Shown here: piece by piece, positions 17,045 to 24,309 of the stretch
Layout: each line of letters begins with the position of its first letter
Numbering within the stretch: position 1 is the first letter of the stretch
NCBI GenBank assembly: GCA_015222165.1
Contig: JADFUS010000004.1
Location: 396-64,395, forward strand
Direction: 5' to 3'
DNA: 64,000 nt
Source of the DNA: Bacteroidota bacterium
GTDB lineage: Bacteria > Bacteroidota > Bacteroidia > Bacteroidales > Rikenellaceae
Notes under the pieces: generated by a model
What the model saw: only the letters and a program-made list of their open reading frames with translations
Told to the model about the DNA's origin: nothing
Databases searched by the model: none
Position numbers and translations under genes: made by a program

Positions 17045-17731
17045 TTGTTGAATTTAAAACATATTATTGTGATTACTATACCGAGTGCTGTTGAAGAAAT
17101 CATCAAAACAAAGCCCTTTTTAGAGAGTGCTTTAGTGGACGGATTGATAAATTTATCCGCTCTTGCAAGACAATTAAAACCATTGATAGAAGATAGAACG
17201 AATAAACCTATAAACGAAGGAGCTATAGTTATGGCTTTAAATCGTTTAGTTCCTCGTCTAACAATGATTTCAAATTCGAAAATTAATAGTGTTGTAAAAA
17301 ATATTGGCGATATTATTGTTAGATCCGATTTGACTGATATTACTTATGCAAATAGCAAAACTCTTTTCGAAAAAGAGGCTAAGTTGCTTGAAAGTATTAA
17401 GGATAAACCAAATATTTTTTGTACTTTTTCTCAAGGAGTTGACGAGACTACGATTATAATTAGTAGTGCTTATGCTTCTGAAACAGAAGAACACTTTAAA
17501 GGAGAAAATTTGCTTTCTAAGCAAGAAAAGCTCTCTTCTATAACAGTTAAATTACCTGCAAGTAACGTTTACTCTCCTGGAATATACTACTTTATTTTTA
17601 AGAAGTTAGCTTGGGAAGATGTAAATGTATTGGAGGTTATAAGTACCTCAAACGAATACACTATTGTCGTAGATGATAAAGATATAGATGTTGCTTTTTC
17701 TGTATTGATGAGTGTAAAAAGAACAGAATAA
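17045..17731 (+). CDS. conserved Bacteroidota hypothetical protein with ACT-like C-terminus
   Basis: Long ORF with good coding texture. The C-terminal VNVLEVISTSNEYTIVVDDKDIDVAFSVL resembles an aspartokinase-type ACT repeat. The start is non-ATG (TTG) and uncertain. Confidence 0.55.
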   Translation: MLNLKHIIVITIPSAVEEIIKTKPFLESALVDGLINLSALARQLKPLIEDRTNKPINEGAIVMALNRLVPRLTMISNSKINSVVKNIGDIIVRSDLTDITYANSKTLFEKEAKLLESIKDKPNIFCTFSQGVDETTIIISSAYASETEEHFKGENLLSKQEKLSSITVKLPASNVYSPGIYYFIFKKLAWEDVNVLEVISTSNEYTIVVDDKDIDVAFSVLMSVKRTE

Positions 17732-17756
17732 ATAATTAACTAAAATATAAAAAGCC

Positions 17757-18041
17757 ATGGCAAGTATTCAAAACCTTAAAAAAGATATCAATTACCTTAC
17801 TGAATCAGTATGCGAAGATTGTTATACATGTTCTATTATTCAACCTGAGGTTGAAACAGAATCAATTGCTAAAATTATAAGTCAAGCTATTGAATTTAGA
17901 AATGTGATGATAAGTAGAGTAAATAAAGCGGTTGTCAAAGGTGATCGTAAAGCTACTACAAAAAACTTTAAAGAAATTCAAGAATCTATCTTGACTCAAG
18001 TTGATGCTATGTTTTCAAGTTTGAGCAGTTTAATAAAATAG
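17757..18041 (+). CDS. small hypothetical protein
   Basis: 94-aa ORF with an ATG start, followed by a strong terminator. No motif recognised. Confidence 0.5.
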   Translation: MASIQNLKKDINYLTESVCEDCYTCSIIQPEVETESIAKIISQAIEFRNVMISRVNKAVVKGDRKATTKNFKEIQESILTQVDAMFSSLSSLIK

Positions 18042-18057
18042 TTTTTTGTTATATATA

Positions 18058-18097
18058 AATAGAGTCAATCTTTTTGAGATTGACTCTATTTTGTGTT
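18058..18097. terminator. bidirectional terminator
   Basis: 13-bp perfect stem AATAGAGTCAATC/GATTGACTCTATT with a 7-nt loop, between convergent genes. Confidence 0.85.
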
Positions 18098-18104
18098 TTA
18101 TAGG

Positions 18105-18395
18105 TTACTTAAAATCGCTATAATTTGTGACATTTACATCTAAATCACGATATTCATTTTTTATATTTACCGTAGGTTCGTTTTCTACTTCTACTTTTAA
18201 TTTTCCTCCATATATATTCCAGCCGTCCACCGATACAATATTAACATCCATTACAGAATCAGAAGTTCCTTTTGCAGGAGTAGGAAAAGAGTTCGCTTGA
18301 ACTGTTCCCACTAAATTAGTATTTTGAATAACTAAAGCTACTAAAGAAACGGCTATAACTGTTAAAATAGTTTTTGTATAGAAATCTGTTTTCAT
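18105..18395 (-). CDS. small N-terminally anchored hypothetical protein
   Basis: 96 aa with one N-terminal TM (ILTVIAVSLVALVI) and a beta-rich tail. It is the last gene of the ArsR-headed operon. Confidence 0.5.
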   Translation of the reverse strand: MKTDFYTKTILTVIAVSLVALVIQNTNLVGTVQANSFPTPAKGTSDSVMDVNIVSVDGWNIYGGKLKVEVENEPTVNIKNEYRDLDVNVTNYSDFK

Positions 18396-18432
18396 AATTT
18401 ATTATATTTAATTTTCATAAATATAATAAATT

Positions 18433-19401
18433 TTATAGAATAATATTAAACAAATATCCAGAAAGAATGATGAAAAGTGTGATTACTCCGAAAAAGATAA
18501 GAATAAGTTTCCAAGTCATAACTTTTTTTAGTAGAGTAGCCTCAGGAAGAGATAGTCCGACAACCGCCATCATAAAAGCTATAGCTGTTCCAATAGGGAC
18601 GCCTTTTGCTACAAAAACTTGAATAACGGGGACAATACCTGCGGCATTTGCATACATCGGTACTGCAAGAATTACTGCTAAAGGTACTGCATACCATTTA
18701 TCCGCAGAAAGAAATTGTTCAAAAAATCCTTCAGGGACATATCCGTGCATTCCTGCTCCTATAGCGATACCTATTATCACATAAACAAGAACTCCTTTGA
18801 CAATATACCATGCTTCTCTCATGATATTAGGAAGGCGTTTTATGAATTTTACATCTTCTTTTTCCCACTCCTCGGTTTCTGCCTCAGAATCTTTTTGAAT
18901 ATTACGAACCCATTCGCTTAGGTATTTTTCGAGTTTAAATTTCTCTAAAATAAAACCTCCGACAACACCTAAAATTATACCACTTGCAACATATATTAAA
19001 GTTGTTTTTATCCCGAATGTTCCTAAAAACATCGCTACGGCAACTTCGTTTACAAGAGGTGATGTTATAAGATAAGAAAAAGTAACTCCCAGAGGTATTC
19101 CACCTTTTACGAAACCTATGAAAAGAGGAATTGAAGAACAACTGCAAAAAGGAGTTATAGCTCCAAAAATAGAGGCAAAAAGATATTGAAAACCGAATAA
19201 CTTACGTGTTGTTAAGAAATTACGAAGTTTTTCTATAGGAAAATATGCGTTTATTATTCCCATGATGACACTTATAAAAAATAGAAGTAAAAGTATTTTT
19301 GTAGTGTCATAAAAAAAGAAGTTTACAGATGTTCCGAGACTACTATCTGCACTTAGACCGATTATATTATATGTTAGCCAGTCTGAAAAATGTTGTATCA
19401 T
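18433..19401 (-). CDS. ArsP_1/DUF318-type predicted permease
   Basis: Polytopic membrane protein with the PFCSCSSIP cysteine motif typical of this family. Confidence 0.75.
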   Translation of the reverse strand: MIQHFSDWLTYNIIGLSADSSLGTSVNFFFYDTTKILLLLFFISVIMGIINAYFPIEKLRNFLTTRKLFGFQYLFASIFGAITPFCSCSSIPLFIGFVKGGIPLGVTFSYLITSPLVNEVAVAMFLGTFGIKTTLIYVASGIILGVVGGFILEKFKLEKYLSEWVRNIQKDSEAETEEWEKEDVKFIKRLPNIMREAWYIVKGVLVYVIIGIAIGAGMHGYVPEGFFEQFLSADKWYAVPLAVILAVPMYANAAGIVPVIQVFVAKGVPIGTAIAFMMAVVGLSLPEATLLKKVMTWKLILIFFGVITLFIILSGYLFNIIL

Positions 19402-19402
19402 A

Positions 19403-20116
19403 TCAAAATATCATTATTATTGCGTAATATATTCCAACAGCTATAAAAATAATTGCTACTATTCGTGAAAACCATTTTTGAATAGTTTGTATGCTATTAT
19501 AAAATTTGCCGATGAAAGAGATACTGTAAGCCAATATCCAAGCGACTATTATTACAGGAAGACTTGTCGCTATAGCGAAAACTAAAGGATATAACAAGCC
19601 GAAACTATCGTTAACAGACATAGGAATAAGCACGCCAAAGTAAAAAATACCACTTGTTGGACAAAAGGCTAGGGCAAAAACTATTCCTAAAAATAGAGCT
19701 CCCCAACCTCCAGATTTTTTTATTTTTTCTTCTGAATAATTCTTATTATATCCAATTTTAGGTAGATTTAATTTGTTTCCAAATAACATAAAAAGCCCAA
19801 TAATTATTAATATTGGAGGCATGATTTTTTCTCCATACCTGCTTATTATATCTTGAATAAAATATATGCTTGTACCTTGCTTTAAAATATATATTAATAT
19901 AATTCCAAGTGTGGTATAGCTTATTATTCGCCCTAGAGCATACAATAATCCATTAATAAAAATTTTGTTTTTATTTTCAAAATCTTTTCCTATAAAACCT
20001 ATTGCTGTTATGTTTGTCGCTAGAGGACAAGGGCTTATAGCTGTTAATATCCCAAGAATAAAAGCAGTTAAAATTGGAGCAATGTCATTATTTAAAACGT
20101 ATTGTATCCACTCCAT
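19403..20116 (-). CDS. CcdA/DsbD_2-like thiol-disulfide transmembrane protein
   Basis: Six TM helices with Cys-Pro motifs in two of them (AISPCPLA and AFCPTSG). Confidence 0.7.
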   Translation of the reverse strand: MEWIQYVLNNDIAPILTAFILGILTAISPCPLATNITAIGFIGKDFENKNKIFINGLLYALGRIISYTTLGIILIYILKQGTSIYFIQDIISRYGEKIMPPILIIIGLFMLFGNKLNLPKIGYNKNYSEEKIKKSGGWGALFLGIVFALAFCPTSGIFYFGVLIPMSVNDSFGLLYPLVFAIATSLPVIIVAWILAYSISFIGKFYNSIQTIQKWFSRIVAIIFIAVGIYYAIIMIF

Positions 20117-20119
20117 TTT

Positions 20120-20515
20120 CTATTTTTTTAAAAAGGTGTTAATTTTGTTTTTCAATTCTGCTTTGAATTGTTCAGGAGATTTTCGGGCATACATAAATCC
20201 TGTTTTTGTCATGTCATTGCTAGTTTCAACGCCTTTTTCCCAAGTATTAACAAGTAGAGTAGACCAAGAAACTTCGTATTTTTTGGCGATATCTCTGTTT
20301 TCCTCTAAAGAAATATCATAGATTTTCATAGAGATTATTCCTTTTTCTAACTCTTCAGAATAATCAGATTGTAAGACTTCTTTGGTGATTTTTTCTATAG
20401 CATTGCAAGTCATACAACGTTGTTTGCCGTGAAAATAGAGAACTTCTATTTTGTTTTGTGCATACGTAGACGAAGATATTATTATTAGAGATAATATTAA
20501 TAAGAGTCTTTTCAT
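20120..20515 (-). CDS. secreted thioredoxin-fold protein
   Basis: Signal peptide (SSSTYAQ) and a CxxC motif (RCMTCN). Confidence 0.65.
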   Translation of the reverse strand: MKRLLLILSLIIISSSTYAQNKIEVLYFHGKQRCMTCNAIEKITKEVLQSDYSEELEKGIISMKIYDISLEENRDIAKKYEVSWSTLLVNTWEKGVETSNDMTKTGFMYARKSPEQFKAELKNKINTFLKK

Positions 20516-20519
20516 AATG

Positions 20520-20753
20520 TTATTTTGTTAGAAGTTCTTTAGTTTCTTTTAAAGAGAGTTTTTTACCTGCTGAAACTACTTTTTCATCGATTACCAAAGC
20601 AGGAAGACGCATAATTTTGTAGCTCATGATTTGCATCATATCTTCTTCTTTAATGATATTTGCATCAATTTCTAATTCGTTTACAGCTTGTTTTACTGTT
20701 TCAAAAAGTGCTTTGCAACTTGAGCACCCTGTTCCTAATACTTTAATTTCCAT
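20520..20753 (-). CDS. thioredoxin_3 / redox-active disulfide protein 2 family
   Basis: 77 aa. MEIKVLGTGCSSCKAL carries the CxxC motif. This small protein is typically found next to ArsR and DUF318 permease genes. Confidence 0.8.
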   Translation of the reverse strand: MEIKVLGTGCSSCKALFETVKQAVNELEIDANIIKEEDMMQIMSYKIMRLPALVIDEKVVSAGKKLSLKETKELLTK

Positions 20754-20770
20754 GTTATTTGGTTTTTATT

Positions 20771-20801
20771 ATTGTTCGTTATTCGTAAAACAACGAACAA
20801 T
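20771..20801. promoter_or_regulatory. 10-bp perfect inverted repeat ATTGTTCGTT-N11-AACGAACAAT (operator or attenuator)
   Basis: Lies between the arsR stop and the next gene. It shares the 11-mer ACGAACAATAT with the site at 21155..21165. Confidence 0.55.
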
Positions 20802-20818
20802 ATAGTTAAAAAAAATGT

Positions 20819-21142
20819 TTATTTGCATTTACATTTCTTTGAATCGTTTATTTCAAAGAAGTTACTTAATAGTTTTTTAGCGATTTGCCAATTGTCTCTT
20901 TTTATGCAATATCTCACTTTTGGAGATTCTATGTCTCCTTGAATTAATCCAACCTCTTTTAGTTCATTAAGATGTTGTGAAACGGTAGATTTTGCTATTG
21001 GTAATTCTTCGTGAATATCTCCAAAAAAGCAAGTCTCCCTATTTGCTAGAAACTCTAATATTGCAATACGAGCTGGATTAGCAAGAGCTTTTCCAAGTTT
21101 AGCTAAATATATTTGTTCCTGAGTATACTCTTTATTATTCAT
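20819..21142 (-). CDS. ArsR/SmtB-family metalloregulator
   Basis: wHTH signature ALANPARIAILEFL ... STVSQHLNELK, with a Cys-rich tail KKCKCK. Confidence 0.9.
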   Translation of the reverse strand: MNNKEYTQEQIYLAKLGKALANPARIAILEFLANRETCFFGDIHEELPIAKSTVSQHLNELKEVGLIQGDIESPKVRYCIKRDNWQIAKKLLSNFFEINDSKKCKCK

Positions 21143-21165
21143 GTTCGCAAATATACGAACAATAT
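21143..21165. promoter_or_regulatory. GTTCG-N8-CGAAC inverted repeat overlapping a minus-strand TATATTTG box
   Basis: It abuts the arsR ATG. It contains the 11-mer ACGAACAATAT also present at 20793..20803. The minus-strand TAnnTTTG box is at 21148..21155. Confidence 0.5.
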
Positions 21166-21482
21166 TTTAAATATCCAAAAAGTAAGCTATATATAAAATC
21201 AAAAACCTGTCTTTTCAGAGTCTTAATGACTTAAAAAACAGGTTTCTTCTATTATTTAGATAGGTTGGTATTAATTTTGTAATACACAATTATAATAAAT
21301 TAATTTTTAATATGCAAATTTTTGAGATAAAAATGTTGATATTTATTTTTTATTTTAATAAAATTTAACAATTAATAAAATTTATTTTGTTAATTTATTG
21401 ATTAACTGTGCTTTACTATTTTGTATTTAATTTATATGTTAAATAATTTTATAGATAAGTTTTTAATTAAAAATATGAGAAT

Positions 21483-22130
21483 ATGAAAAAGAAATTAATT
21501 GCTGAAATGATAGGGACTATGGTTTTAGTTCTTATGGGTTGTGGTTCTGCTGTTTTTACTGGAGGATTTTCGGTTTTGACAATTGCTGTGGCTTTTGGTT
21601 TATCATTAGTTGCTATGGCTTATACAATCGGATCTATATCAGGTTGTCATATTAATCCAGCCGTAACTTTTGCTTTTTGGTTGAATAAAAGAATGTCAGG
21701 AAAAGAAGCTATATCTTATATAGGTGCTCAAATTATTGGAGCTATATTAGGTTCTTTAGTTTTATTTTTGATAGCAAGCAATATGGGAATTGATAAAATG
21801 GGAGCAAATGTTTTTGCAGAAGGAAATATGTTTGCTGCTTTTTTTGCAGAAGTCATTTTTACATGTATCTTTGTGCTTGTAGTTCTTGCGACAACAGACA
21901 AATATACAAAATCACCAGCTTTGGCAGGATTGATAATTGGTCTTACCTTGATGCTTGTTCATATTGTATGTATCCCAATAACAGGAACATCAGTAAATCC
22001 AGCTCGTAGTATAGCTCCTGCATTATTTCAAGGTGGAAAATCGATAGAACAGTTGTGGTTATTTATTATTGCTCCACTAATAGGAGGGGGACTCTCTTCT
22101 TTTGTCTGGAATATGTTAAAAAGAGAATAA
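21483..22130 (+). CDS. aqpZ: aquaporin (MIP family)
   Basis: Two NPA boxes (HINPAVT and SVNPARS) and six TM helices. Confidence 0.9.
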   Translation: MKKKLIAEMIGTMVLVLMGCGSAVFTGGFSVLTIAVAFGLSLVAMAYTIGSISGCHINPAVTFAFWLNKRMSGKEAISYIGAQIIGAILGSLVLFLIASNMGIDKMGANVFAEGNMFAAFFAEVIFTCIFVLVVLATTDKYTKSPALAGLIIGLTLMLVHIVCIPITGTSVNPARSIAPALFQGGKSIEQLWLFIIAPLIGGGLSSFVWNMLKRE

Positions 22131-22141
22131 CGAAAAAAATA

Positions 22142-22810
22142 ATGAGAAAGCAGTTACTTATAGTTGAATTAGTGTTTTGCACTTTTCTATTTGGTTGTAA
22201 AAAAGATGGTGCTAGTGTTGTCGATACATTGACAATACCAAGTGAACAAGAAACAGATATTGTTTTAGGGTTAAACGAATCAACTACAAAAATAAGTTTT
22301 GATACGTCAAATGATTGGCATATAGATATTTATGATGAAGAGTATAACTATTATCTTCCTCCAGATAATGATAATATAGAGTGGTTAAAATTGTCTGAAG
22401 AGAAAGGAAGTAATGGGAATATATCGATAAAAGTTGACTTAACAGAGAATAGTGAATGTGTGCCTAGAAAGGCTTACATTAAGGTGTTATCAGGAAATTT
22501 GTTCACCTTTTTTCAAATAACCCAAGATTGTAAAGGCTTTTTTAGATGCGATGATATAAGTGTTTTACTTACAGCAAAAGAGTTAAGTTTTGTTGTTCCA
22601 GTACGATATAATAAACCCAATTTATTTACGGTTCAAATTCCTAAAGATGTAGATTGGATTTCATATCCTCAAACAAAAACTGTTGAGGAGGAGGTATTAA
22701 GATTTACTTTAAAAGAAAATATAAAAGAAACTTCAAGAAGTGCAGAGCTTAAAATTCTTGCTTTGGGTGAAGAATATACAATAACTGTTTTACAGTTAGG
22801 AGAAAGATAA
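22142..22810 (+). CDS. BACON-domain lipoprotein
   Basis: Lipobox LFGC. There are two BACON-like modules: WLKLSEEKGSNGNISIKVDLTENSECVPRKAYIKV...ITQ, and VDWISYPQ...RSAELKILALGEEYTITVLQ. I prefer ATG 22142, because the 22055 extension overlaps aqpZ. Confidence 0.7.
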   Translation: MRKQLLIVELVFCTFLFGCKKDGASVVDTLTIPSEQETDIVLGLNESTTKISFDTSNDWHIDIYDEEYNYYLPPDNDNIEWLKLSEEKGSNGNISIKVDLTENSECVPRKAYIKVLSGNLFTFFQITQDCKGFFRCDDISVLLTAKELSFVVPVRYNKPNLFTVQIPKDVDWISYPQTKTVEEEVLRFTLKENIKETSRSAELKILALGEEYTITVLQLGER

Positions 22811-22815
22811 AAAAA

Positions 22816-22845
22816 AGGTTGACTAATTTAAAGTCAACCTTTTCT
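22816..22845. terminator. bidirectional terminator
   Basis: AGGTTGACT/AGTCAACCT stem flanked by an A-run and a T-run, between convergent genes. Confidence 0.8.
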
Positions 22846-22849
22846 ATTT

Positions 22850-23500
22850 TTATAAATTTATTTCTATTTCATATTTGTGAGCTTCTTCAACATCAACTTT
22901 CTTTTTTATAGTAAAAGATTCACCTTCAATATTTGTGGCATTTATCGTATAATAGAAAGTTTGATTTTCTATAATCAGATATATTATATCGTCAATATTC
23001 TCTTTTTTAATAATTATGTTATCACCAGAAATAGGTGTTATTAAAATTTCGAAATCAGAAAAAACTTCTTCAATTTCTTTAGAAACATAAAACTTAATAG
23101 CTATACCATCTAATTTGCACATTAAAGAAACGTCAGATGTTTTGCCTCGTTCAATACTAAAAATATCACTAATACCTTTGTATGTAGGACATTTTATTCC
23201 CGATATTGGTATATCTTTAGAACGTGCAACTATATAGTAATTACCTTCAAAAAGTCTTATAACATCGTTGTTATTTAAAATTTCAAGATAAGATTTATAA
23301 GCTTTAACAATTTCATTATCTTCATTATATATAGAAATTTCAAAATCTTCTCCTTCGTTTAAGGCCTTAGTTTTGAAGTCGCCGTTAACGATATTTATAC
23401 CATTAATTTCTAAATATCCTATATCTTCATTTTTTACTTCGTTACTACATGAAGAAGTAAAAACAAATAATATAATTATTCCTATAATGTTTTTAATCAT
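22850..23500 (-). CDS. DUF4493-like lipoprotein (paralog 3)
   Basis: Lipobox FTSSC followed by SNEVKNED. It shares the FEGNYY...PTYKG...MCKLDGIAIKF...FSDFEILI pattern with the two upstream genes. Confidence 0.65.
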   Translation of the reverse strand: MIKNIIGIIILFVFTSSCSNEVKNEDIGYLEINGINIVNGDFKTKALNEGEDFEISIYNEDNEIVKAYKSYLEILNNNDVIRLFEGNYYIVARSKDIPISGIKCPTYKGISDIFSIERGKTSDVSLMCKLDGIAIKFYVSKEIEEVFSDFEILITPISGDNIIIKKENIDDIIYLIIENQTFYYTINATNIEGESFTIKKKVDVEEAHKYEIEINL

Positions 23501-23505
23501 TTTGA

Positions 23506-24288
23506 TTATTCAAAAGGGTCTATTTCTATATCTTCAGAAATTTCTGTAATTGTATCGTCTATAGAAATTTCAAAATCTATTTTTCCAGATGTAGCAACTG
23601 CTGAGATATTAAATTTATGCCACTCTTTTGCGTTTGGAGTAAATGTTTTAAGAGTTTTAGTAACTTGTTCATCAGCATTGTTTATACCTATGAAATTCAC
23701 TATTAGTTCTTCACTTTCAAAATATCCATAAAGAGATTCTGTAGTGTGGTTTGTGTTTTCAGAGTTGAAAATTAATTTTTCTTCAGCATTTTCTTTACGT
23801 AGAATTTCTATGCTGTAAGTTTTAAAAGCGTCTCCGAAATTTTCATCAAAAGCAACAGAAATTCTAGAGTTTGCTATTGTACATGCTATTGTTGCAGTGC
23901 TTAATTTTCCGTCAACAATATTTACAAAGTCAGAAGCTCCTTGATAGCGAGGTGCGTTAAAAACTGGTGTTTTGCTTATCATTGTTGAAGTGGCGTTGAC
24001 TTTATATTCTCCTTCATCTAAATCTTTTGAAGAGATATAATTTTCCCAATCACCCTCAGTTGTTAAAACATCACTTTTGTAAGTGTCAATTTTTATTTTG
24101 AAGTTTGTAAGATCTTCTTTGGTTGGTTTAGTAACAATTTTTGTTTCAAGAACTACCATAGAATTTTCTTTTTCTACTTGAATAGAAATAGTTCCTTGTT
24201 TTGTTTCATTAACAGGTTGTTCTGTTTCGTCACAAGAAGCCATTAGTATTCCACCAATAGCCAATAGATAAGTTAATCTGTTTTTCAT
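23506..24288 (-). CDS. DUF4493-like lipoprotein (paralog 2)
   Basis: Lipobox LMASC followed by DETEQ. Pattern: LDEGEYKV...PRYQG...CTIANSRISVAF...FKTYSIEI. Confidence 0.65.
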   Translation of the reverse strand: MKNRLTYLLAIGGILMASCDETEQPVNETKQGTISIQVEKENSMVVLETKIVTKPTKEDLTNFKIKIDTYKSDVLTTEGDWENYISSKDLDEGEYKVNATSTMISKTPVFNAPRYQGASDFVNIVDGKLSTATIACTIANSRISVAFDENFGDAFKTYSIEILRKENAEEKLIFNSENTNHTTESLYGYFESEELIVNFIGINNADEQVTKTLKTFTPNAKEWHKFNISAVATSGKIDFEISIDDTITEISEDIEIDPFE

Positions 24289-24309
24289 TTTATTATTATT
24301 AAGTTTTTT

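Noticed and set aside
21203-21245. AAACCTGT...ACAGGTTT 8-bp stem with a 27-nt loop in the arsR-aqpZ intergenic region
   Set aside because: The loop is too large for an intrinsic terminator. No gene ends nearby and no flanking promoter motif was found.
22055-22141. Upstream extension of the BACON lipoprotein ORF overlapping the aqpZ 3' end
   Set aside because: The lipoprotein signal peptide begins at ATG 22142. The extension is the out-of-frame tail of aqpZ.
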